Shown here: positions 25,112 through 39,039 of the stretch, in pieces
Position numbering within the stretch: position 1 is the stretch's first letter
Layout: every line of letters starts with the position of its first letter
Source of the DNA: Prorocentrum cordatum
Lineage: Eukaryota
Length of the DNA: 64,000 bases
Direction: 5' to 3'
Assembly (NCBI GenBank): GCA_963575745.1
Contig: CAUYUJ010000048.1
Coordinates: 186,001-250,000, forward strand
Notes under the pieces: generated by a model
Seen by the model: only the letters and a program-made list of their open reading frames with translations
Databases searched by the model: none
What the model was told of the DNA's origin: nothing
Made by a program: the position numbers and the translations under genes

Positions 25112-27775
25112 CTCCAATGGATCCGAAATCCCAACCGTACATGCCGCAAGCTCGGGAGGCCGCCGTCGGGCTCCTGAATGGTGGCAGGGCCGTCCCGTGC
25201 GCTTCCAGGCCTTGCGAACTCTGCGGCCTCCCGCCAGCGGGCAGGAGGGGAAAACACACGGACACAATGAATCGTCGATTCCCAGGAAAATGCAGAAACA
25301 TATGGGAAATGGGGGGCAGACAAAAACCCAGAACACATGGGAAAAGACGGGGCATCTGGTCATTTGTGTGTGTGTGTGTGTGTTTATGTGTGTGTCCCAG
25401 GGCCCCTCCAAGGGAACAGGCTGGTGGATGATCTCGAGCAGCGCCTCACGAGTTTTCGGACGACGTCGTCGCTACGTAGCAGCGAGCCTGGGAGGAGCAT
25501 CGAGCTTGTTCCAAATCGTGCTGGACCCGGAGGGGCCAGCTTGGGCGAGCTGGAGGGGTCTATCAGTTGTTTGAGATGGCCTGTCCGACTGCAATCTATG
25601 CTCTGCCATTGCTCTGCACCGTGCGGCCGGGTGGTTTCTTCCTCCGCTCGCCACTCGCTGCACCGTGCTCCGCTTCCTCCGCTCGACCTCCGCTCTCATC
25701 TTATCATCCTCGTCCTACATGAATTACATAAGCAGCAGCCACACAATTCGTGAAGGCGACTGCCCAGTTCCTCATTCATGTTCGTTCCTGCATGCTCTAA
25801 GTCTCTCTACAGTCAATCTGGTGCCATCGGAAGGACGCCTCCAACGGGGTGGCCCAGCGCGGTGTCACCGACAACGTCAAGGTGCGGCCATCGCTGTCTT
25901 GTTTTAGCGTCTGGACATTGGCGCAAGAGGTCTGGTGTGCCCCTCCCTGCACTGAAGGGAACAGCATGCAATTCCGTCAACAAGGTTACAAGAGAATCGC
26001 GGTAGCGGGACGGCGTCTTCGTGAAGTTGAACGCGATGCAGGTGCGGTCAGCGATTGAGGCATGCGCGTCGCCAAAGGTTTGTTTTGGTCCATTGGCGTA
26101 AGCATTCCCTGTTATTCACGGAGGACGCGCAATGGGGGGCGATCAATGGAGGGGCAGCGAAGGCTGCAGAAAGGGGCCTTTTAGGGCCCCAAAGGCGACC
26201 TTTAGGGCTGCTGTTCAAATGCGTGACATTGCCAGTGGCGGGCTGTTTTTCAATCCAAAGACTTTCTGAGGGTGAGGGACGACGTCGGGGTGATGTGGTG
26301 TATACTTTGTTCACCGTTGTCCTGGGGAAGCAACGAAAACATGTATACACCAGGATCCTGTATACACCAGGGTCCGCTTTCCTGTGCGACTTTTAGTGCG
26401 AGGGCCAGAAGAAGCATCGGTGTATAGGTTTCGGCTGATTAGAAAAGGGCATCTTTCTTCCCCCCCTATTTATCGCACCTCATGAATTCGCGCCAGAATT
26501 CCGTTGTGTTGAGTTGCGCTGCGCGCTGCCGCGCGAAGCCCCCATCGCGCTCGGATGTGCAATTGGGCGTGGAGGGGGGGGGCTGAGGGTGCGGAGGGGC
26601 GGGCGGCACGGGGAGCAGGTGCCGCGAACCCCTTTTTTGCCTGAAGCGCTGCGTCACGTGACGTTTTTGGCCTGAAGGGCAGCGGCCCAAGTCATGAGCA
26701 CATGATGGGCATGTGGGTCGTCAGCGGGGATCGATTGTGAGCGCTAGCACGCACACAGAGCCAGTGAACGCAGATGCTGCGTTGCTTCCCACGCCTGATG
26801 GGTCGGGGCCGGCAGGCTTTGAGAGCAGACATCCCGGCCCGACCACCGTGCATTCCGCGGCCGCCAGATCCCCAGGTCCACCGAGAGTCCTCCGAGACGC
26901 CCGCCTCGGGTCGATCCCGCCATTCTTCTGCACACTGCGGCCAGCAGATTCCCAGGTCCACCGAGAATCCCCCGAGACGCCCACCTCGCGCCGATGACGA
27001 ACACGACAGAGCGTGACAGAATTGAGCATGACATAACATGATAATGCAGAGAATTGCAGAACATAAATGTACAGAGCAGAGCACTACATGACGCAGCATC
27101 ACCGAACAGAGCTGTGTGTAACAATACCACAGCATAGCAAAGCATGCTACGACATAGCGGATCATACAGAGCACAGCAGACCATCACACATCATGTCAGA
27201 AGAGGGCATGCGAGTGCATTAAATGACATAATGGCGCATCCATATACATACCATGATATAACAAACTGTCACGCCATGTCATGGCATCGCATACAGTAAC
27301 AGACGCTGACATAGGCTGCGATAGCATAATACATCATAACCTAACATACCATACGAACGCATGCAATGCCGAAGCGCGCCAACACATTTTTTCACCGTAG
27401 AACTTAACATAGCGCAGCAGCATCATCTAACAGAGCGTATCATAGCATATACCGGAGCATCACATGCCAAACACAAACATACGAACGAAGGCTACATCAG
27501 AGCATATCTAGCCAGAACATAACAGTGCACGATATAGCAACACATGTCGAACGCGAACGAAATTGGACACCTACATACCATGACACAACATAGCATATCA
27601 GACCACATCATCACATAACCGAGTGTTCCAGACAACGCACTGTATCACATGTTCTGAAATAGCAGAACACAACACCGCATAACATATCATATCGTACATT
27701 GGCATTGCGGAACACAACATGACAGCACGCAGCATCGAGCACCATTGAACATAACAATGCAAACAGTGTAACGCA

Positions 27776-27797
27776 TCCGTGGACATTTTGGCTCAAG
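27776..27797 (+). other. Relict DinoSL (20/22)
   Basis: TCCGTGGACATTTTGGCTCAAG; not followed by GT. Confidence 0.85.
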
Positions 27798-28320
27798 CCG
27801 TTCGAGCACGAGCCAGCCAAAGCCACATCAGTTGTTAAGCATGGTCAAGCGATGGGCAATAGGAGCAGAATGGATTCTGCCGCGCCATGTGCAAGCCTGC
27901 GCCGTTGTTTCAGCTTCTCTGCTCTCTGTAGCATGGTTCACGTGCAAGACGGCTACCTTGAAAGGCATGGTTGTGCCACTTGGTCCTAATGGTTCGCACA
28001 GGATCGGAAGCCGGACTCCCAGCAACGATGACCTGCAGATGTATTCGCCTACGGCGAAGTCTATTCCCAGCAGGGGTCGGACAAAAGAGTCTTCGGTTGT
28101 TCGCAGTCGTTCGCAATTGTGCTGGAAGGCCACTGGGCTATGCCGCAGTATACAGGACTATGTCCGTCTGAACGGTTTGACTCACTTGGAGAGACTATAC
28201 TTCCTTGTCCTTGTCTTGAAGATGTGTGGCACTACGTTGCCCCATCAGTCAGACCACTGCTGCTACTGCACCTCGCATTGCCTTTGCCTCAAACATGCAA
28301 GCATTGTAACGCATGTACTG
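27776..28320 (+). pseudogene. Putative processed retrocopy of an SL-trans-spliced transcript, product unknown
   Basis: About 540 bp of complex sequence begins at the SL inside satellite. ATG at 27841 opens a frame to 28323. No recognisable domain. Confidence 0.5.
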
Positions 28321-30054
28321 TAGCATCATGTAAATTATTAAAGTGCAGATGCACATCTGAATATAACAAAGCATAGCATAATACACTGGATATAGCACGA
28401 CGTAACGTAAACACCACCACACGCACGCATATCATAACCGAGCTCAATTGAAAGACCATATCATGCCACGCATGGTGCCTCAGGACAGGGCATAATGTAA
28501 CAGACGTGAGCTTGTCAGAGCACAATACAACAACATATGCAGATCTGTGAATCGTGACAACACAACACGGTGTATTGTACAACACGGGCGCAAACAGGCG
28601 CAGCAACGACCGCTCGGACGACGTAGCTGTCGTGACAGTCGTCACTGCGTCACGCATCGCTCGCCTGTCGAGAGCAGAACAGACATACTAGAGCACAGCA
28701 TAATAGAACGCTATCAAAGCAGCAGCATACAACGAATAGAGCACGCTGTAACCAGCATACCATGGCAGGATTGTTGTACTAATGCTGCCCCTACCTTAAC
28801 GATTTAGATATAGTGTGATTGTTTATAGCTTCACGGAAGAGGTACGTCATGCCAGAGGATCATACCCCTTACAACATCACATATCATCATATAACACCAA
28901 TGTGTTTGACATGCCCTTCATAAGATATCATAACAGTTGTGCCGCAGAGCATGGCATATCATATCATAGCAAATCGTACAATGACGAAGGCGAACATACC
29001 ACACTTTAGCCGAACCGCACACACACACACTTGAAGAGAAACTTCATACGATAATAGGCCGTACCACATCATGGTCAAACGCGACGTGCGGGCCGAGGTC
29101 CGGTTGGCCACAAGTACAATCAGGCGCAGCAGCGTCCGATCGGACACGACGTCTCGAACGTTATAGGCGTCACGGCGTCACGCCGTCCCGTCGACAACAC
29201 GACATATCACATTGCAGCATCGCAGAAAACAAGTTTATCGAGCGTAAGATACGAGGAGGAGGAGGAGGTGAGCAGCAAGTTCTGGGGTCGACGCGTTTTG
29301 GGTGCTGGTTTGTCGCCCCAGGGAGTTGTTTCGGTGTCTTTCGTCAGGGGCCTTGGGTGTGTTCGACTTTCGGGCAGCATCGGTTTGCGACCTGTCACGG
29401 CTGCCGCGCTGGCCGAGACCGTCGGGCCCCGCGCACATCAGTTCAGTAGGCGCGCGCACTGTTGGGAACAAACGCCGAAGGCATCGGTGGTGATCCTTCG
29501 CAAAAAAAATCGGGTGTGTACGGGAACACCTACAGAAATATACCGTTGACGGCGAGTCACCGCCTCACTTTGTTTTTTTGTGAAGATGTGGCCAAACAGT
29601 TGGCCAACTTCAAGACGCTTCGCGTAACCCCACCAGTTGAGGTTCGCCCGCTGCTTGTCTCTTCCGCCGTCTTTCTCTTTTCTTTTCGCCCTTCTTCTTC
29701 TGTGCGCTAATTGAGGCCGTTGCGTCGACGCTTTGTTCTGACGGCGCCCGGCGTCTTCCAGTGCGCTTGCGATCAAAAAGCGTAACCCCACCAGCCCATC
29801 TAGAAACGATGCCTTGACGAGTTGCCCTGATCAGGCATGTGGAGGGGCCTGCAGTGGAATGCGGGGCTGGGTCAGACGTCATACCCCAAGAGGGGGAGGA
29901 TGGAGGAGGAATCGAAGACGCAGGAGGCGGAGAAGTATTGATAGAGGGACGGGGAAAAGGGAGGAGGAAGGAGGAATAGGCGGATGAGGAAGAGGAGGAG
30001 GAGGAGAAGGAGGAGGAGGAGAAGGAGGAGGAGGAGGAGGGCGGGCAGAAAAGC

Positions 30055-31915
30055 CAGAGGCCTCATGATGCGTTTCGGAGTATCTTCGGATGTCTTTCTC
30101 AGGTCGTCTTGGAGGTCTGTTGGCAGTCCCGGGGCCCTCCTGGGGCGTCTTGGGTGCCTCTTGGGGGGCTGGGGGCTTCACTTGGACCTCTTTGGACCCT
30201 CTTGGAGGCCTCTCGGGGGCTTGTTCGGGGTTTCTTGGGGCCTCTTGCGGCTGCCTTGGAGCACCCTTAGGGGCCTCGCGGGCCATCTTGGAGGAGATCT
30301 AGCAAAGGACAGGCCGTACTGAATTAGCTTCCCGCCCCAGGAGCCCGAAATGTGGCCAAAACCTCAGAGTCGAATCGAAGAGTTTTGCCTTCTCGCCGAG
30401 GCCTCTTCGGTTGTCTTGGGTGCCTCTGGGGGGACCTCTTGGAGCCTATTGAGGTTCTCTTGGGAGCCTCTTGGGGGCATCTTCGGGGCCTCTTGGGGCC
30501 TCCTGGGCACCTCGTGGGCCATCTTGGGGCACCCTTGGGAACCCGGGGGCTATCTTGGGGTCTTCCTGGAGAAGATCGATCAAAGGATGTGGGCTCCTGA
30601 ATTTGGGGTTCCCCTCCCACGAGGCCAACAAGTGGCCAACAACTTCGTACAAAGAACGATTTAAATCGAGGACGCCGGCGGCGCATCACCGGCCGCTCCC
30701 TGGGAGTTTGCCGAAGATCGCGCAGCATCGAAAGTCGTGACGTGGCGCGGCCCATCCCGCCACCGTGCTTGGGTTTTGGGTCGGAGTCCTCGTGGACGCT
30801 TCTTGGGGTCACGAGAGGGCTCTCGGGGCCTCTGCGGGGGAGTTTAGGGTCTCTTGAGGGCCTCCTGGGGGCTTCTTGTGATCCTCTTGGGGGCCTCTTG
30901 GGGCCTTTGGGGGCTCTCTTGGAGCCTCTTGGGGGCCTCCTGGGGGCCTCTAAGAGCCCGCTGGGGGCCTCTTGGGACCGAAAGCTCAAAATGTTCATTC
31001 GGGTTCCCCTTCCGAGCGCCCTCTTGGGGCCGTCCTGGGGCCTCTCTTAGGCCGTTCTGGGTGCCTCTTGGGCCGTCTTGGGGCCCTCTTGCGCCGTCTT
31101 GGAGCCCTCTTGGGGGCTTGTTGGGCCGTCCTGGGGCGATCTTGGGGGCCTCTTGGGCCGTCTTGGAGCGTGGGTAAGCCGAAATGGCGAGAACGCGAAA
31201 ATCCTTCAAAAACCATTGAAACATCAATGATTTTGCATGTTGGGGCTCTCTTGGGGGTGCTCTTGGAGGCCTCTTGGGCCGTCTTGGAGGCGTCTTGGGC
31301 CGTCTGGAGGCCATCTTTGGCGTCTTGGAGTGATCTGGAGCCGTCTGGAGGCTCTCTTGGACTGCTCGGGGCCCTCTAGGACCGGCTTGGGGCGCCCTTG
31401 GGTCGTCCCCGGGCCGTTTGAGACCTTGAAGGGGGGGGGGCCGGCGGGGGGCCGGCGGCAGAGTGGGGCCCCCTCGGAGGGACTTTCGGAAGGTTTTTGA
31501 CCAGGCACTGGAGAATGGAGAAGGGGGCCAAAGACTGTGCCAAACACTCTGTCAGAGAGGTCTCGCACGGCCCACACCGCAGGGCGGGAGCGGCCGGATC
31601 TTCTCGCCGAGGCCTCTTGAAGCGTCCTCGGTGCCTCTGGGGGGCCTCTTGGGTCGGGTCTATTGGGAGTCTTTTGAGGCATCTTGGGGTCCTCTTGGGG
31701 GCCTCTTGGGGCCTCCTGGCCGCCTCGTGGGGCCGTCCTGGGGCATCATTGGGAACCTCGGGGGCCACCTTGGGACCATCTTGGAGGAGATCGGTCAAAA
31801 GAGGGGGGCTCCTTCATTTGCGTTGCGCCCACCCCCCCTGGATTTCAAAATGTGGCCAGAACAATAGGGCAGAACGACTGACTTGGACCTTCTCTCCGAG
31901 GCCATCTTGGACGCT
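30055..31915. repeat. Degenerate ~10-11-bp (GGGGCCTCTT)n repeat complex; related patches at about 37680-37850, 38045-38150 and 40015-40095
   Basis: Recurrent gggcctcttgg/ggccgtcttgg units. Confidence 0.85.
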
Positions 31916-33361
31916 CTAACTGCTCGCGACCCCCCCCAAACCAGGTCCAGGGGGAGGAGGGTGGTCGTGGGAGGTGTCAAGGCTGGCACGCCTCGCGTGC
32001 AAGCTGCGCCGCGTGCTCCACGTGCGCCATGTGTGCTGCATGGTCCCGCTGTGCCGCCCGGTGCACGCGCAGAGTTTGCCAAGTGCGCCCGCGCACGTGA
32101 CAGCACTCCTCGGGAACATGTCGGCCCCCACCACTCCTGTCGAAAACCAATGCACACTCGCGGCGGGGAGGCCATCATGGTTTCTGGTGGGCTTGCACAC
32201 AGCAGGCAATATGCCAGCACCCCCGCGGTCCCTGCCAAACACCAACGGACAGTGATCACGGCGTGGCCGCGCATGATCCCGATGTAGCCGCGACGTGCAT
32301 GTTGTATTGTCTTTGACGGGGATGGTGGCCGTGTGCAAAGCAGACAGTATGAGGGTACCCCCGCCACGAGCATCACCCAAGACTTTGCCCCAAAGTGTGA
32401 TTCGTATTGCTTGTTGGTCAGGGATGTGGGGGGGTGTTGGCATTGATCCTGGTTGGTTGCTGGTCAACTGGGGGAGGGGTGTTTATTCATGGGGAGCAGT
32501 TATCAAACCATCCCCGACGGGGAAGAAGGTGGGGGGAAGAGGAAACTCACTAAACCACTCACGCCCTAAGGGCTGGTGGCATTAGCTGGGACTTTGTCAA
32601 ATAAACGAACGCATTCGTCGGCGAGCGAGGGGGGGAATTGAGAAGGAGAAGGCCGTCTCAGAAGGGTGGCCAGTCACCCGGCCTTCTGAGAAGTTTCCCA
32701 AGCCTTCCCCGAAGACAACAAAAACCTCTCAGAAGGCGCGAGGGCTTCTGAGAAGCCCCGCCGCCTTCTGAGGAGGCCTTCTCCTTCTCACTTCCCCCCG
32801 ACGCATGTTGGGGCTCGATGCGTCGGGGGGGGGATCGCGACATCCGCAGGAGGAGGAGAAGGAGGAGGAGGAGGAGGCGGTGGAGGAGGTTGAGGAGGAA
32901 GAGAAGGAGGAGGAGCAGGAGCAATGGAGGAGGGAGGGTCGAAGAGGATGGAGGAGGAGGGAGGAGGAGGAGGAGGGGGAGGAGGAGGAGGAGGAGGCGG
33001 AGGAGGCGGAGGAGGCGGAGGCGGAGGAGGAGGAGGGGGAGGAGGAGGCGCATGCGGAGGGGGGAGGGGAGGAGGAGGGGGAGGGGGGGAGGAGGAGGAG
33101 GAGGAGGAGGAGGAGGAGGAGAGGAGGAGGAGGAGGGGAGGAGGAGGAGGAGGAGGGGTGAGGAGGAGGAGGAGGAGAAGGAGGAGGAGGACGAGGAGGA
33201 GGAGGAGGGGGGGAGGGGGAGGGGGTTGAGGACGAGCTAGGTGCGCTCGCGTCATATCTGACGTCCTACCCCTCCCTCCCATCCCTTACCATGGCGCTGA
33301 TTTTCTCTATCCGCGGACGCGTGTCGTAGCGGACCTGTGGCTCCGCGCGCGCGTGCGTAGT

Positions 33362-33620
33362 GGGTGGTGGTGCGCGTGCGTGCGTGCGTGCGTGCGTTGT
33401 GGTGGTGGTGGTGGTGGTGGTGGTGGTGGTGGTGGTGGTGGTGGTGGTGGTGGTGGTGGTGGTGGTGGTGGTGGTGGTGGTGGTGGTGGTGGTGGTGGTG
33501 GTGGTGGTGGTTGTGGTGGTGGTGGTGGTGGTGCTGGTGGTGGTGGTGGTGGTGGTGGGTGGTGGTGGTGGTGGTGGTGGTGGTGGTGGTGGTGGTGGTG
33601 GTGGTGCGGCGCGGTGGTGG
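33362..33620. repeat. (GTGC)n followed by (GGT)n microsatellite
   Basis: Seen directly in the sequence. Confidence 0.95.
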
Positions 33621-34364
33621 CGGGCGGATGGGCGCGCGAGAAAGAGGCCCGCGCTGGGGCGAGAACGCCATCCTGAACGACGGAGGCCAAACACCGATCC
33701 GAAAATGAGGCCCACGCTGCAGCGGGAGCACGATTCGGAACGATTCGGGAGCAGAAATGAGGCCGGCGCCTCAGCGAGAGCAGCATTTTGAAAAAAACAA
33801 AAGCGAAAACCCGTTTCCCGGGAATCCTGTGTGTAAAAAAACAATGCGCGGGGGGGGTCGGATACCTTCGGGACGCCATCAGGGGAAGTGGGAGAGTATT
33901 TTCATATTGTGTAATTGTGCAGCAGGAGGAGCAGGTGGAGGAGGAGGAGGAGGAGGAGGAGGAGGAGGAGGAGGTGTCTCGCCCTCTGCCGCCGTCCCCC
34001 CCCTCCTCTAGCAGGTAGGGGAGATGCCGGAGCTGCGCCGGGACGCTTCGGATCCGTCTGGAAACCTGCTGGGGACCTCGTGCGAGGGCGGCTGGCAGCC
34101 CAGAGATCCGACGCCGCGACAAAAATTGGAGAGGCGGGTTTGGGGCTATGTTCGGCATCTGGGGGCCCTCGCTGGGCATCGGGACCGTCAAACAACGGTT
34201 CAGGAGGAAAAACTGGGTCTAGGGAAGTGGTCCAGACCTCTGGGGCACGCGCACCCCAAAAAATGGAGCGGCAGAATGTCTGGGATTCAGTGCTTAAACA
34301 CCTTCAGTGTTGGAGCTGTTGTTGGACGCCTTGTTTCTTTCGCAGGGCGTGGAGCCAGCGTGAT

Positions 34365-34850
34365 TTTTACTCGGGGCGCGAGGCTGGCGTAATTATCTGA
34401 CGGGGGATCTTGGCCTCGGGGGCGCGAGCCGGTCGTATTTTGCAAAAGGGATTCTGTCCTCGGGAGCTGACGGAACTTGCAGAAAGGATCTTGGCCTTTG
34501 ACTCTGACATAACGCGCGAGGGATTCTGGTTTCGGGATCGCGAGTCTAGTGTAGCATGCGTGGAATTCTGGCCTCGGGGGCCCGAATCTGGCGGAACTTT
34601 CAAGCCGGATTCTGGCTTCTTCGGGGGCGCGAGTTTATCTTCGTTTGTCAGTGGTTCTAGCCTCGGGAGCGCGAGCCTGGTGTGACTTGCCAAGGCTTCT
34701 GGCCTGGGCAGCGCGAAGCTGGAGCACACTCAACGAGAGAGTCTGGCCTCTGGAGCGCGAGCCTGGCGTCATGTCCGAAGGGTTCGGGGTCTCGGCAGCA
34801 CGAATTTGGCTTCACTCACCAGGGATTCTGGCTTCGGGGATGTGAATCTG
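34365..34850. repeat. Degenerate ~40-bp tandem repeat (ggattctggcctcgggggcgcgag)
   Basis: The motif recurs about ten times. Confidence 0.7.
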
Positions 34851-35404
34851 GCGCAATCTACCCGGGCATTTTCTTTGGGTGGAGGGCAGAGGGTGAAATC
34901 TGAAATGCCGTCTCGATGGATTTTCGGGGCTTGAATCCGCAAGGGGTCAATCACAGGGCGGATTGATGTTCGAGGTGCAGAAGCCCATACGGATTCCACC
35001 CTGAGCCCTCCCCCCTGAGAAATGTTCAGTCCACGCCAGACTACCCTGCTTCATGCGTGCGAATCTTCAGAATTTGTCTACGTGTCCCAGGGACGCTGGC
35101 CAGGGCGGTCTTCGTTCCCCCCTCCGCGCGGAGAGCAACAATCTATGACAGGAAGCAGAACGTAGTATTGGAACATTGGGAACCGGAAACTGGAACTGGG
35201 GCAGGCTACAGGAAAGAAACCTAATCCGCGCAGCCTGGTGGGGCCACAAGGGGGCCGGCGGATTTTGCCCCCCGCGGGGCGAACTTATCGAAAACAATGC
35301 AGGGGCCTGGCGCACTGACCGCTGCAGGCGCGGCGGCGGGTCTGTTGAGCGGTTGTCGAGATACCCCCTCGGAGACCGCACGAGCACCGTGGGCTCATAC
35401 TGCC

Positions 35405-35530
35405 GAGGTAACCAAGACTGGGTTCTGAGGTTCTGAAGTAAGCTCTTCTTCTGAGAGTAACCAAAGACTGGGTTCTGAAGTAAGCTCAGAATGCTGAGGT
35501 AACCAAAGACTGGGTTCTGAAGTAAGCCCT
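35405..35530. repeat. Tandem repeat x3 (gtaaccaaagactgggttctgaagtaagc)
   Basis: Copies at about 35408, 35457 and 35499. Confidence 0.8.
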
Positions 35531-36308
35531 CCTCCTGAGAGTCACTCCCTCGGTCGCAGATCATGGGAGCCTCGCGTGCCCTCGTGCCTCGCAACTGCGT
35601 CTTCAGCGTGCACCGGCGCCGATTCTCGCCTCGGGTAACCGGTGGGATGGCGCGGATCCAGCGCCGCCCAGCGTCGACCAGCATCGACTCGGCCTCGACC
35701 GGCGTCGACCAGCGTCGATGCCGCAGGAGCCGGCAGAGGCGGCCTGAGCGGCTGCCGAGGACGATCAGTGGAGAGGACGCGCGTTGCCAAATAATTTCCA
35801 TGTGTCTAAAACATGTGCTAAACACGATTTGAACATGCAGAGCACAGGCGTAAGGCATGTGTGGAACATGTTCCGACACGTTGAACACATGCTACACTCA
35901 GTGACAGGACTGTTGGGGTGTCCATTGCCGTGGCATCCGCAACCCTGGGCTGACGAGGGCGGGCCGCCCCCCCGGCCCACCCCCCGCCGGGCCAGGTGGC
36001 CGGCCTCGCGCCGCCCCCTCCCTCTGGGCGGTCGCTCGACGCACGGCCACCGGTGCGTCGCGTGGTCCTCCCCCTTTGGGCAGCCACGCGCAGAGGGTAT
36101 CAGAGGAGGGGAGAAGCACAGACACAATCAACCCTCGATTCCCCAGGAAAGTATGGGAAGTGGGGGGAAGACAAAACCCAGAAAATATTGCACAACCATG
36201 GGCAATCCTGTTATTTGTGTGTATTCATTTGTGTGTCCCAGGGCCCCTTCTCAGAGGAGGGGAGAAGCACCCGTGCCTCTGTCCTGCCCTCGTTCTCTCC
36301 TTATGGAC

Positions 36309-36452
36309 CGAGCGCGTTCCACTACTCGCAAAGTGCCCGCTCGCAAAGGTCCGAAAAGCACATGTCTGCTTCGGTGTAATGTATCGTAGATCCCCCGCGG
36401 CGGATCCGGGCCATTTGCGAGTGGTCACTTTGCGAGTAGTGGAACGCGCTCG
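36309..36452. mobile_element. MITE-like element with perfect 27-bp TIR
   Basis: cgagcgcgttccactactcgcaaagtg (36309-36335) pairs with cactttgcgagtagtggaacgcgctcg (36426-36452). Confidence 0.85.
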
Positions 36453-36601
36453 TCTACTTCTTGTTGGGCGTCCTGGGCGGCCCTCGTCGCCACCGCCGGG
36501 TTCGCCTCGAGCTCCTGGTCAGAACGCACCCCGGGAGAGGTCCAGGGAGTAGGGCCACCGGTACCTCTCGGTCTCCCGAGCCGCGTGTGGTCCTCTCCGG
36601 G

Positions 36602-36905
36602 TCGGCCACGCGCAGAGGGGGGGAGGAGGAGGAGGAGGAGGAGGAGGAGGAGGATGAGGAGGAGGAGGAGGAGGAGGAGGAGGAGGAGGGAGGAGGAGCA
36701 GGAGGAGGAGGAGGAAGGAGGAGGAGGAGGAGGAGGAGGAGGAGGAGGAGGAGGAGGAGGGGGAGGGGGGAAGGCTTCTTGGAAGCGCCCCTGCTTCTTA
36801 GAAGGCGCGGGCCTGGTCAGTAGATGTGCGGCCCGTGCCTTCTCGGAAGCAACCTCCTTCCAAGAGGCCCTCCCCCCTCCCCAAACCCCCCCTCTGCGCG
36901 CCGCC
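36602..36905. mobile_element. Palindromic MITE of the 47277-47446 family carrying an internal (GAG)n expansion
   Basis: tcggccacgcgcagagg start; aaggcttctt..ctgcttcttagaaggcgcgggcc / ggcccgtgccttct..cctctgcg arms. Confidence 0.75.
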
Positions 36906-39039
36906 AAGGGTGGCCACCGGTGTCGTGTGGTCCCCCTCCGGGCCGTCGACGGACACACCGCCTTCCAGCCACTTTCTGTGGTTTGATTGCATGTTGGTCC
37001 TCCCTCCAGCCCTCCTCTACTGTAAGGCCCCCCCCTCGATCAAGTTCAGGCAGTCAGGCCAGACGATGAAAGCATTGTGATGTAAGTATCATGTCAGTAT
37101 CGGGCTGACGTTTCGCCACTTGCGGGACGCTCCTTAGCCAAAGGGATTATTGGTCATGGGCATGCAAAGGCATGGAAGCATTGCAGTCTTTCTCTCTCTC
37201 TCTCTCGCCCTCACGCTCCAGCCCCCCTTCGCCTCAGTCCTCTCTCCCGCTCCCCCTCGCTCTCTACTGCTTCCCGCTTCGCGTTTACCGCGCAGGCGAA
37301 GGAGAAGGATAAGGCTAGGCGCCGGGAGAAGACCCTGGCTGCGGCTTTTGCAGCGGATGGGATCACAGAGGAGATGCCCCCATGTATTGTCGGCCGCCGC
37401 TTCAAGGGAAAACGAGTAACAGATCCCCACTCAGGGATGAGAGGCACACAACATTGGGTATTGCATTGGTTTCTCGATGCGCTACGGAAGAATCGCCTAC
37501 ATGCCCATTATGCGTTTGAGGCGTCGAAGTCGAATGCATTTAGTGATCTTTGCCCGAATGATCACACGTTCCCTTACCCTTCGCATTGTTGTTCAGCATA
37601 TTGCACTGTCTGTTTGATGTTACTTAGTGGCCTTCTGCCCATCCCGCCACAGTTCCATGGTCGTTGACAGAAAGCCTCTGAGAGGCCTCTAGGGGTCACT
37701 TGGGAGGCCTACTGGAGGTCTCTTGGAGGCTTCTTTGGAGCGTCTCGCTGGCCTCGCGGAGACCTCCTCGGGCTTCCTGGGGCCGTCTTGTGGAACTCTG
37801 GCGGCACCTTGGGGCCGCCTCGGGGCCTGAAGTGCCATCTTGGGGTGATGGGCACCAGACGTCAGTTCGTCGTCCCACTCTTGGGTTAAGTCGGGCCCGT
37901 CCCTCTACAGAAGGAAAAGTCAGTATTAGTTAAAACATAGCCTTGGGACGATTTTTCAATTATTTCTGAACGTTTGTGAGAATTGTTTGACTATTTTTAA
38001 TTGTTCCTACAAAATCCGCCCGTGGACGGAACTGCCCGACCCAACTCTTGGGTCCCCCTTGGGTCTGTCTTGGGATCCTCCTGAACTCCTCCTTGGGGCC
38101 TTGGGAGCCGCACTAGGGAGCGCTCTCGGAGGAGCCTCTCGGGCCGCCTTTGGCGGCCTGCGCACCTGCGACCGACCACAGCGTAATCATGCAAAGCGCT
38201 ACTCCTCCGTCGGGTATGGCCAGGACCCCAGGCAAGGGGACCCGATTAGTGGTAGGGCCCCGAAGCCCCTGAATTGGCCAGAATCACTCAAACAGGTTTG
38301 CCGCAGGTGGTGCTTTCTCGGGTCACGGCAGTTCCGGTTGGTGGAACGGGGGGGGCGGGGAGGGGCGTCCCCCGGTACACATCGCCAAACCAGGCCCCAC
38401 GAAACCCGACGAGCTTCGCACGTCCCTCGTCTGCAGGGCCTGGCAGGAGCAGCGGCGCGCTTGCAGGAGGCGCTCTCGTCGCGCCGAGGGGGCCGGCCCG
38501 TGGCCGGGAGCCCGCGCATCCGCGGGGCCGAGGCTCGGCCGGCGACCCGGACGTCCGGTCCCAGGTCCTACATCGCCAAACCTCACCACCCACCAAACCA
38601 CCCCAACCCAACCCGAAAGCTCAGATTTACCCTCGATTTCTCGTAGTGGGGGGGGGTCGGGAATCATCGAAAAAACACGCGTGGAGCCCTTACCCCCCCC
38701 AACCCGAAATTCGGGCCTTCGGGTTGGGTTGGGGTGGTCTGGTGGGTAGTCAAAACCAGGTCCCAGGTCCCACAAACGTCAGGTCCCACGTCGCCAAACC
38801 AGGTCCCGCGAAACCCAAACCAGGTTCTGCCGGCGCCCGATGCCGGCGAGGCCCCCAAGGCGAGCCCGAGGAGGCCCCCCGCGAGGAGCCACGGGGCGGT
38901 CCGCCGCGGGCGCGGCCTCGATGTGTACGCCGGGGGCCGCCGAGCCCGCGGGTCCGCGCCCCTACAGCCGCCCAGGCCCACGGGGGCATCAGGGCCCCTC
39001 CGGGAACAGTTTCGGGGGCCGCCCGCGAGCCCCCCCCTT

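Larger units (their letters stand above)
26995..29010. repeat. Highly degenerate (ACAT/GCATA)-type low-complexity satellite, interrupted by an SL-headed insert
   Basis: Recurrent acata/gcata/agcat pentamers and a sharp GC drop. Confidence 0.75.

Noticed and set aside
25430..26400. Possible decayed coding or transposon fragment
   Set aside because: Complex sequence, but no frame gives a motif I can recognise.
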